This document shows positions 55,745-64,000 of a stretch of 64,000 nucleotides of DNA, piece after piece. The notes beneath the pieces were generated by a model. That model saw only the letters and a list, made by a program, of their open reading frames with translations. It searched no databases and was not told the origin of the DNA. The DNA is taken from positions 24,572 to 88,571 of the IMG/VR virus record IMGVR_UViG_3300028837_000875; one strand, written 5' to 3'. Numbering within the stretch: the stretch's first letter is position 1; each line of letters begins with the position of its first letter. Source of the stretch: a virus. The position numbers and the translations under genes were made by a program.

Positions 55745-55915
55745 ATGCCATTGAAGAAAGGCGAAGAGAAGAAACTTAAAGGACCGCAGGATGGCCGAGG
55801 CAGGGGCAAGGGCTTAGTAGGTGGTGGACGTGGTAGCAAGAATACGGAAGAGTGTCCGGACGGCGGTCCTGGCAAGGGTCAAGGCCAGGGCAGAGGCAAA
55901 GGAAAGAACAGATAA
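55745..55915 (+). CDS. 56-aa Gly/Lys/Arg-rich peptide
   Basis: MPLKKGEEKKLKGPQDGRGRGKG...GGPGKGQGQGRGKGKNR; fills the gap; TAATG coupled to the next gene. Confidence 0.5.
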   Translation: MPLKKGEEKKLKGPQDGRGRGKGLVGGGRGSKNTEECPDGGPGKGQGQGRGKGKNR

Positions 55916-56406
55916 TGCTTACGCTATTCTTTGATGCTCTTGGGGCTACGCTCTGTATCACAGCGCTATGGATAATTGGAAATAAGAAATGGTATGGCTG
56001 GGGAGTTTCTCTTTGTGCTGCCGCTTCTTATTTCTGCTTAGGCATTATAGTTGGACTTCCATTCTTAATCATGTTGAATTGCATTCTGTTTTGTATTCAC
56101 TCAAGAAATTTAATCAAATGGAAGCGAGAGGCGAGAGGAGAAAATGTGGACTTAAAAGCTTGCGATATTTGCATGGAGATTCAAGGTACTCAACGAATTG
56201 AAATCCCGATTGCTATTGAGTCTGACCCGGAGTTGAGCAAGGACCATCCATTCAAAGATGCTCAAATGGATTTATGTCCTGAGCATATGAAAGAAGCTCT
56301 TGAAATCGTGTTGCGTTCAGAGAAAGAAGCAATAGGAGAGCCACATAAACTTGGAGCAGCTGTCTGGAAATGGTTCAGAGCAAAGACGAAAGACAAGAAG
56401 CAATGA
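55915..56406 (+). CDS. PnuC-like membrane domain protein
   Basis: GATLCITALWIIGNKKWYGW...RNLIKW pattern; C-terminal Cys motifs. Confidence 0.45.
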   Translation: MLTLFFDALGATLCITALWIIGNKKWYGWGVSLCAAASYFCLGIIVGLPFLIMLNCILFCIHSRNLIKWKREARGENVDLKACDICMEIQGTQRIEIPIAIESDPELSKDHPFKDAQMDLCPEHMKEALEIVLRSEKEAIGEPHKLGAAVWKWFRAKTKDKKQ

Positions 56407-56615
56407 AGCAAGTCAAATGGATATGTCCGTTCTGTGCCACGGAGAAAAAAGACATGAAGCTTGTAGATAAAGATTATTTGCCTTCGTGTGGACAGAAGTG
56501 CAGAGCAGATATTCCAAAGCGCATTTGGAAAGAAAGATATAAATGCAAGTGCGGAATGGTTCTGACTAACTTCAATTTAAGGAAGATTGAAACATTTGAT
56601 TTTAAGATTGGCTGA
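56403..56615 (+). CDS. Small Cys-rich protein
   Basis: CPFC, CKC; ATGA overlap. Confidence 0.4.
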   Translation: MKQVKWICPFCATEKKDMKLVDKDYLPSCGQKCRADIPKRIWKERYKCKCGMVLTNFNLRKIETFDFKIG

Positions 56616-57251
56616 GTGAAGGAAGGAATTCAATTGAGCTTCAAGGCATTCATAAAGAAGTTATGCTTTTGGAGAAAGAAGAAAGTGGAAGCTAAGCCTC
56701 AACTCACATTTCTCTTGCGTGATGCGTTAGAGAAGAATAAACCTCGAGTCAAAACATTAGTAGATAAGTACATAGATAATATTCTCAAGCTTGCAGCATC
56801 TTCTGGAATGACTGGAATGACTATAGACGAAGCATCACGTGTTCTTGCAACCGCATCGCAGATACCATTGCCTCCAGAACAAATGCTCAATTGTCATTGG
56901 GAAGAACAACCAAGCGTTGAAAGTGAATCAACTTATGTGAATGACACGGATGGTTTTAGGGAGCTATTGGCTCAAAGACCGATTCCAAACAGAAGATTAG
57001 AAATTATAAGAAGAATGCCTCATGGCATTGATAGAAAAGTTTGTGCACACGTTGATTCACGTGGAAATCAATGCAGCAACTTAGTAGATGATGAAGCTTA
57101 TAGCTTCTGCAAAATACACAGGCATCATGCCATGCGCAATGAAGAGCAGAGAGAAATTGATAGGCAATTAAAAGAACGGGAACAAGAACAGAAAAAGAAA
57201 CATAAGTTATCAAATGGAAAGAGACGCAAGATAATCAGGAGGAAGAAATGA
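56616..57251 (+). CDS. Hypothetical protein with C3H-type motif
   Basis: C..GNQC...FCKIH; ends RRKIIRRKK. Confidence 0.5.
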   Translation: MKEGIQLSFKAFIKKLCFWRKKKVEAKPQLTFLLRDALEKNKPRVKTLVDKYIDNILKLAASSGMTGMTIDEASRVLATASQIPLPPEQMLNCHWEEQPSVESESTYVNDTDGFRELLAQRPIPNRRLEIIRRMPHGIDRKVCAHVDSRGNQCSNLVDDEAYSFCKIHRHHAMRNEEQREIDRQLKEREQEQKKKHKLSNGKRRKIIRRKK

Positions 57252-57532
57252 GTGCAGAAGTAATGATAATCTTAAGTCTTAGTATACTTGTTATTGGTTA
57301 TGTTATCGGAGTTTGCAGAGAGAAATATAAATGGTGGAAGGTCTTTAATTGTGTTGAGCCAGAGGATTTTTTTATCAGAAAGAATATCTGGATGAACACA
57401 ATGGATGAAGAACAACTTGAAGCTCATTATCACAACGCTTCAGTAGAACTCAAAAGGTCTTTTTGGAAAAGTCTTATAACAGCAATTATTGTAGTCACGT
57501 GGATAGTTCTGGTAGTACATCTTGTTTGGTAA
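57248..57532 (+). CDS. Membrane protein
   Basis: Two TM segments. Confidence 0.45.
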   Translation: MSAEVMIILSLSILVIGYVIGVCREKYKWWKVFNCVEPEDFFIRKNIWMNTMDEEQLEAHYHNASVELKRSFWKSLITAIIVVTWIVLVVHLVW

Positions 57533-57543
57533 GGAGAAACTGA

Positions 57544-58386
57544 ATGAAGGTGTTTCATCATAATGATAATGACGGAAGATTATCAGCGTTCTTAGTTATG
57601 CAGCAACTTACGCTTGCCGTACCGATTGAAGTCAATTATGGCAAGCCATTCCCGCTTGAGCAGATAGAAGAGGATGAAGAGATATGGATTGTAGATTATA
57701 ATCCGCTTCCTGAAGAGATGCAGAAAATTATTGAACGCACTCAGAAGATAACGTGGATAGACCATCACAAGACAGGCATCGAGCTATTCAAAGATTTTCC
57801 TCACAAGATAGCTGGAGTCAGAGACTCAAGCAAGGCAGCATGTGAACTCGTCTACGAATATATCTATTCGCACGCAGGAGGAAGAACAAGGAGATTCATA
57901 GATTTAGTCGGCGACAGAGACACATGGACTTTCAAATATGGAGACGATTCTAAGTATTTTCATCTTGGTTCGATGCTATACGATACATCTCCAAGAACAG
58001 AAGTGGAGAACGGAGAGATAGGACTTTGGTCAGGACTATGGAATGAGAGCTTGAAAGTAGAGGACATAATTCAGAAGGGAAAGATAGTCGAAGTTTTCAG
58101 AGATAGGCAGAACGCGGACCTTTGCAAGGCGTGGGCATTTGAAGTTGAGTTTTCAGGACACAAAGCTCTTGCAATGGTCACTGGAATGAAAGGCTCTGAA
58201 GTCTTTGGAAAGCAGATTGATGATTATCCTATTTGTATAGCCATGGCATTCAATGGAAAGATGTGGGTGAATTCGCTTTATTCAAAGACGATTGATGTCG
58301 GAGAGATAGCCAAGGGACTCGGAGGCGGTGGACACAAAGGAGCAGCAGGATTTCAGACAACGGACTTTCTGTTCTGGCATTTATAA
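57544..58386 (+). CDS. DHH/DHHA1 phosphoesterase
   Basis: HHNDNDG, IVDY, WIDHHKT, GGGGHKGAAGF. Confidence 0.9.
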   Translation: MKVFHHNDNDGRLSAFLVMQQLTLAVPIEVNYGKPFPLEQIEEDEEIWIVDYNPLPEEMQKIIERTQKITWIDHHKTGIELFKDFPHKIAGVRDSSKAACELVYEYIYSHAGGRTRRFIDLVGDRDTWTFKYGDDSKYFHLGSMLYDTSPRTEVENGEIGLWSGLWNESLKVEDIIQKGKIVEVFRDRQNADLCKAWAFEVEFSGHKALAMVTGMKGSEVFGKQIDDYPICIAMAFNGKMWVNSLYSKTIDVGEIAKGLGGGGHKGAAGFQTTDFLFWHL

Positions 58387-58397
58387 GAGATAACGAT

Positions 58398-59831
58398 ATG
58401 AGCAAAATCATTTGTGCAAAGTCTGAGGAGCTACTTCCAAAGCTTCAAGCAGAGAGTTTTGATTTGCTCTGCACTGACCCACCATACGGAATGAGTTTTA
58501 TGGGCAAGGAATGGGATAAAGCACTTCCGGATAAAGAGATATGGAAAGAGTGCTTGCGAGTCTTGAAGCCTGGAGCGTTTGCTTTTGTAATGTGCATACC
58601 AAGAGCAGATTGTCTTTGGAGAATGATACGTGATTTAGAGCTTGCAGGATTTATAATCAAGTTCACTCCAATGTATTGGGCATATGCATCTGGATTTCCA
58701 AAAGCTCAGAATATTGGAAAGACACTTGAGAAAAGACATAGGAAACCGGATAAAATAGTTGAAGTAAATGGATGCGGAGGTATGAAGAACAGTAAGGGAT
58801 ATAATACAACTAAACGACGTTTCATATATGATAAGTTTGAAAGCAATGAAGCAAAAGAGCTTAATGGTTCTTATGCAGGCTTTCAGCCTAAGCCAGCAGT
58901 AGAAGTTATCATCGTTGCAATGAAACCGTTGAACGAAAAGAATTACGTTGAGCAAGCTCGAAAGAATAAGAAAGGAATTACTTGGATTGACGATTGCAGA
59001 ATACCAGTAACGGATGGAAGAAAATTAGATGGAGGTGGATATTCTGGAGGAGAGCATAAGGGCCATTCAACTTGCTGGCCTGGCAGTAAGAGATTGACAG
59101 CTGGGGAATTTGAAACTCCACAAGGCCGCTTCCCTGCTAACTTATTAGTCTCTGATGATGTCTTGAATGATGGGGTTGAAAGAAAATCAGTTGGAGGTGG
59201 GAATCCAGAAAAAAGCGGAATGCAATTTACAAACAAATATGGTGAATACAATCAAGTAGACCAGTGGTCCGGTCAAGGTGGTTATAAAGACTCAGGTTCA
59301 TTTTCCAGATACTTTGATATAGATAAATGGTTCTCTGAAATGCTCAAGCAGAGATTAGGCAGCAAGTTTGAAAGAGCAGCAAAGACATTTCCATTTCTGT
59401 TATCTCCAAAAGCATCAAAGACTGAGAAATGGTTTTACTGTAGAGTCTGCAAAAGCACACAAGAAGCTGCAAGAGAGAAGGAGCATCACAGCCATGTTTG
59501 TTGGTGTAAAGACTGTCAGGAAATGATAAGTCAAAAGAGAATGAAGCAATGCAAAAAGAAAAAGCACAAACTTGTTCCCAATCTTATATATCATCCTACA
59601 GTCAAGCCATTAAGATTGATGGCTTATCTCGTGACTCTTGGTTCAAGAGAAGGAGATAAAGTCCTTGACCCATTCGCTGGTACATGCAAGACTGCAATGG
59701 CTTGTGAGTTGCTCAAGCGCAATTATCTAATGATTGATTCTGACAAGATAGCTCTCAAGCTTGGCAGAGCAGGAATAGAGGCGTTGGATAATCCTCCGTT
59801 GAGAAAGAAGCTGTTGAAACGAATAGAGTAA
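58398..59831 (+). CDS. N4/N6 DNA methyltransferase (beta class)
   Basis: TDPPY, GFPK, GRFPAN, HPTVKP, VLDPFAG. Confidence 0.9.
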   Translation: MSKIICAKSEELLPKLQAESFDLLCTDPPYGMSFMGKEWDKALPDKEIWKECLRVLKPGAFAFVMCIPRADCLWRMIRDLELAGFIIKFTPMYWAYASGFPKAQNIGKTLEKRHRKPDKIVEVNGCGGMKNSKGYNTTKRRFIYDKFESNEAKELNGSYAGFQPKPAVEVIIVAMKPLNEKNYVEQARKNKKGITWIDDCRIPVTDGRKLDGGGYSGGEHKGHSTCWPGSKRLTAGEFETPQGRFPANLLVSDDVLNDGVERKSVGGGNPEKSGMQFTNKYGEYNQVDQWSGQGGYKDSGSFSRYFDIDKWFSEMLKQRLGSKFERAAKTFPFLLSPKASKTEKWFYCRVCKSTQEAAREKEHHSHVCWCKDCQEMISQKRMKQCKKKKHKLVPNLIYHPTVKPLRLMAYLVTLGSREGDKVLDPFAGTCKTAMACELLKRNYLMIDSDKIALKLGRAGIEALDNPPLRKKLLKRIE

Positions 59832-60037
59832 TGGCAGCATGGGGAATAGAGAATGCTGGTAAGGACTGTTACAAAGTTATTTGGTTTCCATATAGGTGGC
59901 AGTGCAGAGAGTGGATTGCAAAGAAATCGGCCAAGCGGAGATTTGCTCAAAACAACGCATTAGATAATCATCTTAAAGCTAAAGTGCGATTTGTGAAATA
60001 TAGAACAGTCAAGGATACGAGGAGAAAGAAAGGATAA
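59831..60037 (+). CDS. Hypothetical protein
   Basis: TAATG coupling. Confidence 0.4.
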   Translation: MAAWGIENAGKDCYKVIWFPYRWQCREWIAKKSAKRRFAQNNALDNHLKAKVRFVKYRTVKDTRRKKG

Positions 60038-60040
60038 GTA

Positions 60041-60202
60041 ATGGGAAGAGTAGTCTTTGTACAAGAGAAAAAAGGTTCAGGCTGTCTCGTGATTGCAGCT
60101 TGGTTCGGATTCTTTATCACTGGTATTGTAGGAATAATCTGCTGGCCGTTGTGGCTCTTGTCACTTTGCTGTATTATGATTGCTCTGTTTGCCAGGAGAT
60201 AA
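60041..60202 (+). CDS. 53-aa membrane peptide
   Basis: MGRVVFVQEKKGSGCLVIAAWFGFFITG...IALFARR; fills the gap between genes. Confidence 0.45.
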   Translation: MGRVVFVQEKKGSGCLVIAAWFGFFITGIVGIICWPLWLLSLCCIMIALFARR

Positions 60203-60207
60203 TAATA

Positions 60208-60504
60208 ATGCTCTTGCACAAAAAGAATGAAGGCGTTTATCCTTGCGGATGCAGATATGCAGAGTACGGAAGCTCTAAGACAAAAACAAAAGCGTTGATA
60301 CATAATATATCTCCTCATTGCAAGCTTGATGCAAACAAGCAAGGAAAAAAGATAAGCACTTATTTTTATGTAAGCGTTCAAGAGCTTCCAAACGTGCTTG
60401 AAGTTGCTCAGCAAGGCCGTGTGTATTTTGTAGGACCTGCTATATTAAGAGTCAAGACAATCAAAAAGAAACTCAAGAGAAAGAAGATAAAGCAATGTCA
60501 TTAA
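60208..60504 (+). CDS. Hypothetical protein
   Basis: Likely start ATG 60208; basic C-terminus. Confidence 0.35.
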   Translation: MLLHKKNEGVYPCGCRYAEYGSSKTKTKALIHNISPHCKLDANKQGKKISTYFYVSVQELPNVLEVAQQGRVYFVGPAILRVKTIKKKLKRKKIKQCH

Positions 60505-60854
60505 ATTGTCTCATGTGCGGAAAGCTAATTGATAGGCCAAGCGTGCTCTATTGCTCGAAGTGTATTGGAAGAATAAAAGCTCAGAATAAAAGAGGCGTGA
60601 TAGATGCAGCTAACTTTGAGTACATCAACGTATACAAACTTCCAAGAAAGGAAGGCAAGAACACAGACGTATATGAAATCAAGAACAATACAAATTCTAT
60701 TCTGCTTGGTACTATCAAATGGTATTTTCAATGGAGGCAGTACTGCTTCTTTCCTGAAGGGAAAACAATCTGGAATACAAAGTGCTTGAATGACATAATT
60801 GATTTTCTCGAAAGGCTGAGAAAGAAAGAGGAAGAGAATGAGAATCAGACTTAA
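60495..60854 (+). CDS. Hypothetical phage protein
   Basis: CLMC..CSKC and LGTIKWY..WRQYCFFP...CLNDI. Confidence 0.5.
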   Translation: MSLNCLMCGKLIDRPSVLYCSKCIGRIKAQNKRGVIDAANFEYINVYKLPRKEGKNTDVYEIKNNTNSILLGTIKWYFQWRQYCFFPEGKTIWNTKCLNDIIDFLERLRKKEEENENQT

Positions 60855-60975
60855 GTTCCGCTGGTATGATTTGTTTATTGGAATCTATTATGATAGAGAG
60901 TGGAGTACGATATATTTCTGCCCTCTGCCAATGGTTGTCATCAGAATTCAATTGTAAAGACTGAGAGGATAAGCA

Positions 60976-61200
60976 ATGCTCCACATTTATTATCGCATCT
61001 CTTGCGCTGGCATAGCAGGAGACCCGAGCAAACTGTTAGTAGCTACTTCATCAAGAGGCCACAAGACAAGGACTCTCTTCAATTCAGATTCAAAGCGTTC
61101 ACTTAAAAGAGCAATCAAAAAACTCAAACGTTTAATGCTCGATTACTTCAACCTGAAAGAAGCAATCATCGTTCCGCCGTGGCTGAACAAAACTCTTTAG
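60976..61200 (+). CDS. Hypothetical protein
   Basis: GAGG SD. Confidence 0.35.
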   Translation: MLHIYYRISCAGIAGDPSKLLVATSSRGHKTRTLFNSDSKRSLKRAIKKLKRLMLDYFNLKEAIIVPPWLNKTL

Positions 61201-61221
61201 TCTTTTGGTGAGGATAAAAGA

Positions 61222-61599
61222 ATGAAGCTCTCGAAGAAATGTCAAGCGTGCGTATACATGACTTGCAAAGAGGCAGGAGCTTTCAATTATCCATGCAACC
61301 TTTGCAAGAAAGGAAAGTACTACAAGAAGCAAAAGCCATTAAAGAAAATAGACAGAGCACTTGTAAAAAAGGCAGAGAAGAAAGCAACAGGAGCAGACAT
61401 TCATGCGGTGAGAGGTCAGCTATGTTTATACACAGATAATTTTTCTCTGCTCAAATCCAAAGACGTTAAGATAAGAGCCAGAGCACTCAGGAGAATAAAT
61501 AAAGCTGAACAGGTACTTAATCTTTATATCAAAGGCAAAACTATCCAAGAAGCAATCAAAGAGGTGAACACTCTCCTCGCATTGCATAGCCTTCATTAG
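61222..61599 (+). CDS. Hypothetical protein
   Basis: GAGG SD; Cys-rich N-terminus. Confidence 0.45.
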   Translation: MKLSKKCQACVYMTCKEAGAFNYPCNLCKKGKYYKKQKPLKKIDRALVKKAEKKATGADIHAVRGQLCLYTDNFSLLKSKDVKIRARALRRINKAEQVLNLYIKGKTIQEAIKEVNTLLALHSLH

Positions 61600-61844
61600 A
61601 TAAAAACGCCTATTCCTATTTGGAAAAGAACTCAAAGAGAAAGCATTTCCTATAAGATATAATATAAGATAGAGCCTATAGTATATAGACACATCTCTCT
61701 ACACTAAGAATACAAGCCCAAGTAATAAACACAAACTGAGACTGGTATTAAAAGAAAACAATAGTTTATAGAGAGGCAGAAGGCAGGGTGTAATATTTCT
61801 TTGCTTAATGGTGACTCAAGGTACTCATAGGATTAGCTTGGCAG

Positions 61845-61874
61845 AGATAGGAGAAGATAGGAGAAGATAGGAGA
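61845..61874. repeat. Tandem repeat (AGATAGGAGA)x3
   Basis: Read directly. Confidence 0.85.
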
Positions 61875-62405
61875 GTGATGTGAAATATCTTGAGCAGTGT
61901 TCCGATAAAGCAATATACACGCCTATTCTGCAAGTTCTGAATCCTGCCTCTAAGCCACAGGAAAGAATAGCTATCATTCTATATAGGGGAAGCAATCGAA
62001 GAGCCGTAGGAGCAGGATGTGAGCCAGGGCGGGGCAGAGAATCAGCGGCTCAGAATAGCTCAATCAGCCTATTAGTTGTCAGCCTCTTGTCAGTGTCATG
62101 TCAGCCTGTGGCGCGGGAGACTGTAGGTTATTCTACATGTTTGTAAGAGCGAGCAGAAAAGAACAGGGGGCAACTGAATCTAATAAACATAAACAGTAGA
62201 GGAATCATTCTCCATCAAACCGCTCAGGCTCTTTGGTAAAGAACAAAGCAGCGAAAAGAACTCAGGAAGAAAACAAAAAGAAAATCAATCAAGAAATCAG
62301 ACAGTAGAGAAAAGCAGATAGAACAGAAGGCAAAGCTATATGTATATATATGGCTGAAAATCCGTAGAGGTCTGGCTGTTCCAAGTTTCCTTAACATCTG
62401 AAACT

Positions 62406-62522
62406 CTACAAGTCTTATACTATAAGGGTTGTAGGCTGTTATTCAAGTGCTAACCCTTATAGCATATACAAGTGCTTCTACTATGCGGGTTGTAGGAGGG
62501 AGCCGCGTGCAAACCCTTATAG
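62406..62522. repeat. Two ~60-bp direct repeats with internal inverted repeats
   Basis: TACAAGT..TACTAT..GGGTTGTAGG..GTGC.AACCCTTATAG twice; CTATAAGGGTT/AACCCTTATAG inverted pair. Confidence 0.75.
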
Positions 62523-62740
62523 ACTCTACGTCTTAGCACTGTATAAAAAGAATTCTTTGTTACAGTCAGTTATTGTCAGCCGTGACGGGACACTGTGCAC
62601 CCATTGACGTGCGCTATAAATCCCAAGTATCTTTATGTAAGGTTGCTTTATTTCAGATATGCACAGACTTAGATAGAATGCTTATGGAATATTGTTTATA
62701 AGGTTGAAGAATTGCTTGAAGAAAAGCAGAAAGCAAAGGA

Positions 62741-63100
62741 ATGTCCAAAGTAATTGGAATCATAGGTACGCGGCGGAGAGATAGCAAGAAAGATTATCTC
62801 AAAGTGCGTAAAGCATTCTTGCAGATATACGAAGAGGGCGACACGATATGCTCAGGCATGTGTCTACGCGGTGCTGACCGCTTCGCAGTAGTATTGGCTG
62901 AGCGTTATGGCACGCCGATAATCTGGCACCCTGCCGAATGGGATAAATATGGCAAGGCTGCCGGGTTCATACGAAATGGATTTATAGCCAGAGATTCAGA
63001 CGTGCTCATTGCATGTGTGGCAAAAGATAGAAAAGGCGGTACAGAAGATACGATAAAGAAGTTTCAGAAGCTCGGAAAGACAAATCTTATTTTGGTGTGA
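62741..63100 (+). CDS. SLOG superfamily protein (YspA/DUF2493-like)
   Basis: IGIIGTR, SGMCLRGAD, HPAEWDKYGKAAGFIRN, GGTEDTI. Confidence 0.8.
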   Translation: MSKVIGIIGTRRRDSKKDYLKVRKAFLQIYEEGDTICSGMCLRGADRFAVVLAERYGTPIIWHPAEWDKYGKAAGFIRNGFIARDSDVLIACVAKDRKGGTEDTIKKFQKLGKTNLILV

Positions 63101-63288
63101 GGAGAGATAAGATGGCAGAGATAAACCCAAAAGAATTTGAGCCGGTATACTGTGAACATTGCGGCAACAAGAGTTTTGAAGTAAGCTGTGATATTCCTGA
63201 GACAGGGCATACGGAAATTATTCTTCAATGCACTGAATGCGGCAAGACAATCAGGCTCACTTCAAGAATTGTGAAGGAGGATAAGTGA
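63097..63288 (+). CDS. Small Zn-ribbon protein
   Basis: CEHC...CTEC. Confidence 0.45.
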   Translation: MRRDKMAEINPKEFEPVYCEHCGNKSFEVSCDIPETGHTEIILQCTECGKTIRLTSRIVKEDK

Positions 63289-63432
63289 AAGAACAAGTAA
63301 AAGCTCTTGAGTGTACTTGCGGCAGCCAACAAGCGAATACCCCGATGCCCGTGTGGTTATCGTGCACATGTACGGAGCAACGGTCGAAAAGTGTATAGAG
63401 GCCGCACGTGAAAAGTTCAAGCTCTCCCATGA

Positions 63433-63669
63433 ATGGGAAGTAAAGAATGTGGAGGCAGGGAAATGATAATCATCGCGTGTGAGAACAAGGTGAATTGGGG
63501 GTGCCCTTTTGAGAATGCTGAGTTTCCGCATTGCCAGATAGCGAGCAAGGACAAGAAGTGTTGGTGCTATTACAAAGATGAGGAGATTGGGTTTGCTCTG
63601 CCACCTGATTGGTGCCCCTTACGCCGTGAAAATATAGTGGTGAGACTTGGAGGTCAGAAAAATGAATAA
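63433..63669 (+). CDS. Small Cys-rich protein
   Basis: C-terminal PDWCPL motif common in phage proteins. Confidence 0.45.
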   Translation: MGSKECGGREMIIIACENKVNWGCPFENAEFPHCQIASKDKKCWCYYKDEEIGFALPPDWCPLRRENIVVRLGGQKNE

Positions 63670-64000
63670 CGAGCAGAAAGCTGAAGCGAACCGGCTGATA
63701 GCTGAGTTGTTGGGCACAACAGAACATTGGTGCCAATGGAATCCTGACCGTGCGGTTTTATGTACCGAAATCGAAACAAAATGCCCAAAGGGGTTGACGC
63801 ACGATGCTTGTAATAAACATTTCGAAAAATATCCCGCCTACTCCACCTGCGACCCTGACGCGCTGGAGGGGATAAAGGCGCTGCAGGCCAGAAAAATCAT
63901 CGATGTTGAGTGTAGATTCCACGAAGATGGCGACTATACGGTTTCAATCGGGCGGGGTTTCCATGCGAGCGGGGTTATTTCAGAAGAAACTCGTGATTCC

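Noticed and set aside
46681-59831. Complete restriction-modification system
   Set aside because: Both MTases appear to be orphans; no adjacent restriction endonuclease was recognised.
61880-62146. 88-aa ORF in the non-coding region
   Set aside because: It overlaps repeat motifs, has atypical composition and no recognisable features; it cannot be supported.
61845-62522. CRISPR-like array in the non-coding region
   Set aside because: Repeats are tandem or present in only two copies, with no repeat-spacer periodicity and no cas genes.

Overview
A 64 kb internal segment of a large tailed dsDNA bacteriophage genome. It is AT-rich, essentially all genes are on the + strand, and Shine-Dalgarno sites are GGAGG-type. 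No integrase, capsid, terminase, tRNA or CRISPR array was seen in the window. Gene order: (1) siphovirus-like tail module with tail tube, frameshifting chaperone, tape measure, hub and many tail accessory proteins (1-15.4 kb); (2) holin-like pair; (3) replication initiation genes: SF2 helicase, putative initiator, DnaC-like loader, DnaB, HNH, primase; (4) an early-gene island behind a sigma70-type promoter, containing a DUF3150-like / Ycf46-type AAA / DUF1257 x2 / DUF2997 module, a sigma-like protein and a histone-H1-like protein; (5) a nucleotide-metabolism operon running into dnaE: FAD-oxidoreductase-dUTPase fusion, non-canonical ThyX, dNMP kinase, radical SAM, UDG-like; (6) recombination/repair genes: SSB-like, RecA, split SbcD, SbcC, GroES-like, MT-A70, flap nuclease, RuvC, UDG; (7) class II RNR with an HNH intein; (8) accessory genes including SWIB, DHH, MTase and SLOG, plus a repeat-rich non-coding region. 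The best candidate for a new system is the 31.9-39.9 kb operon, which looks like an uncharacterised DNA base-modification pathway. An Illumina Nextera adapter is embedded at 54747-54806 and is an assembly artefact. All family calls come from motif recognition by eye, not from database searches.
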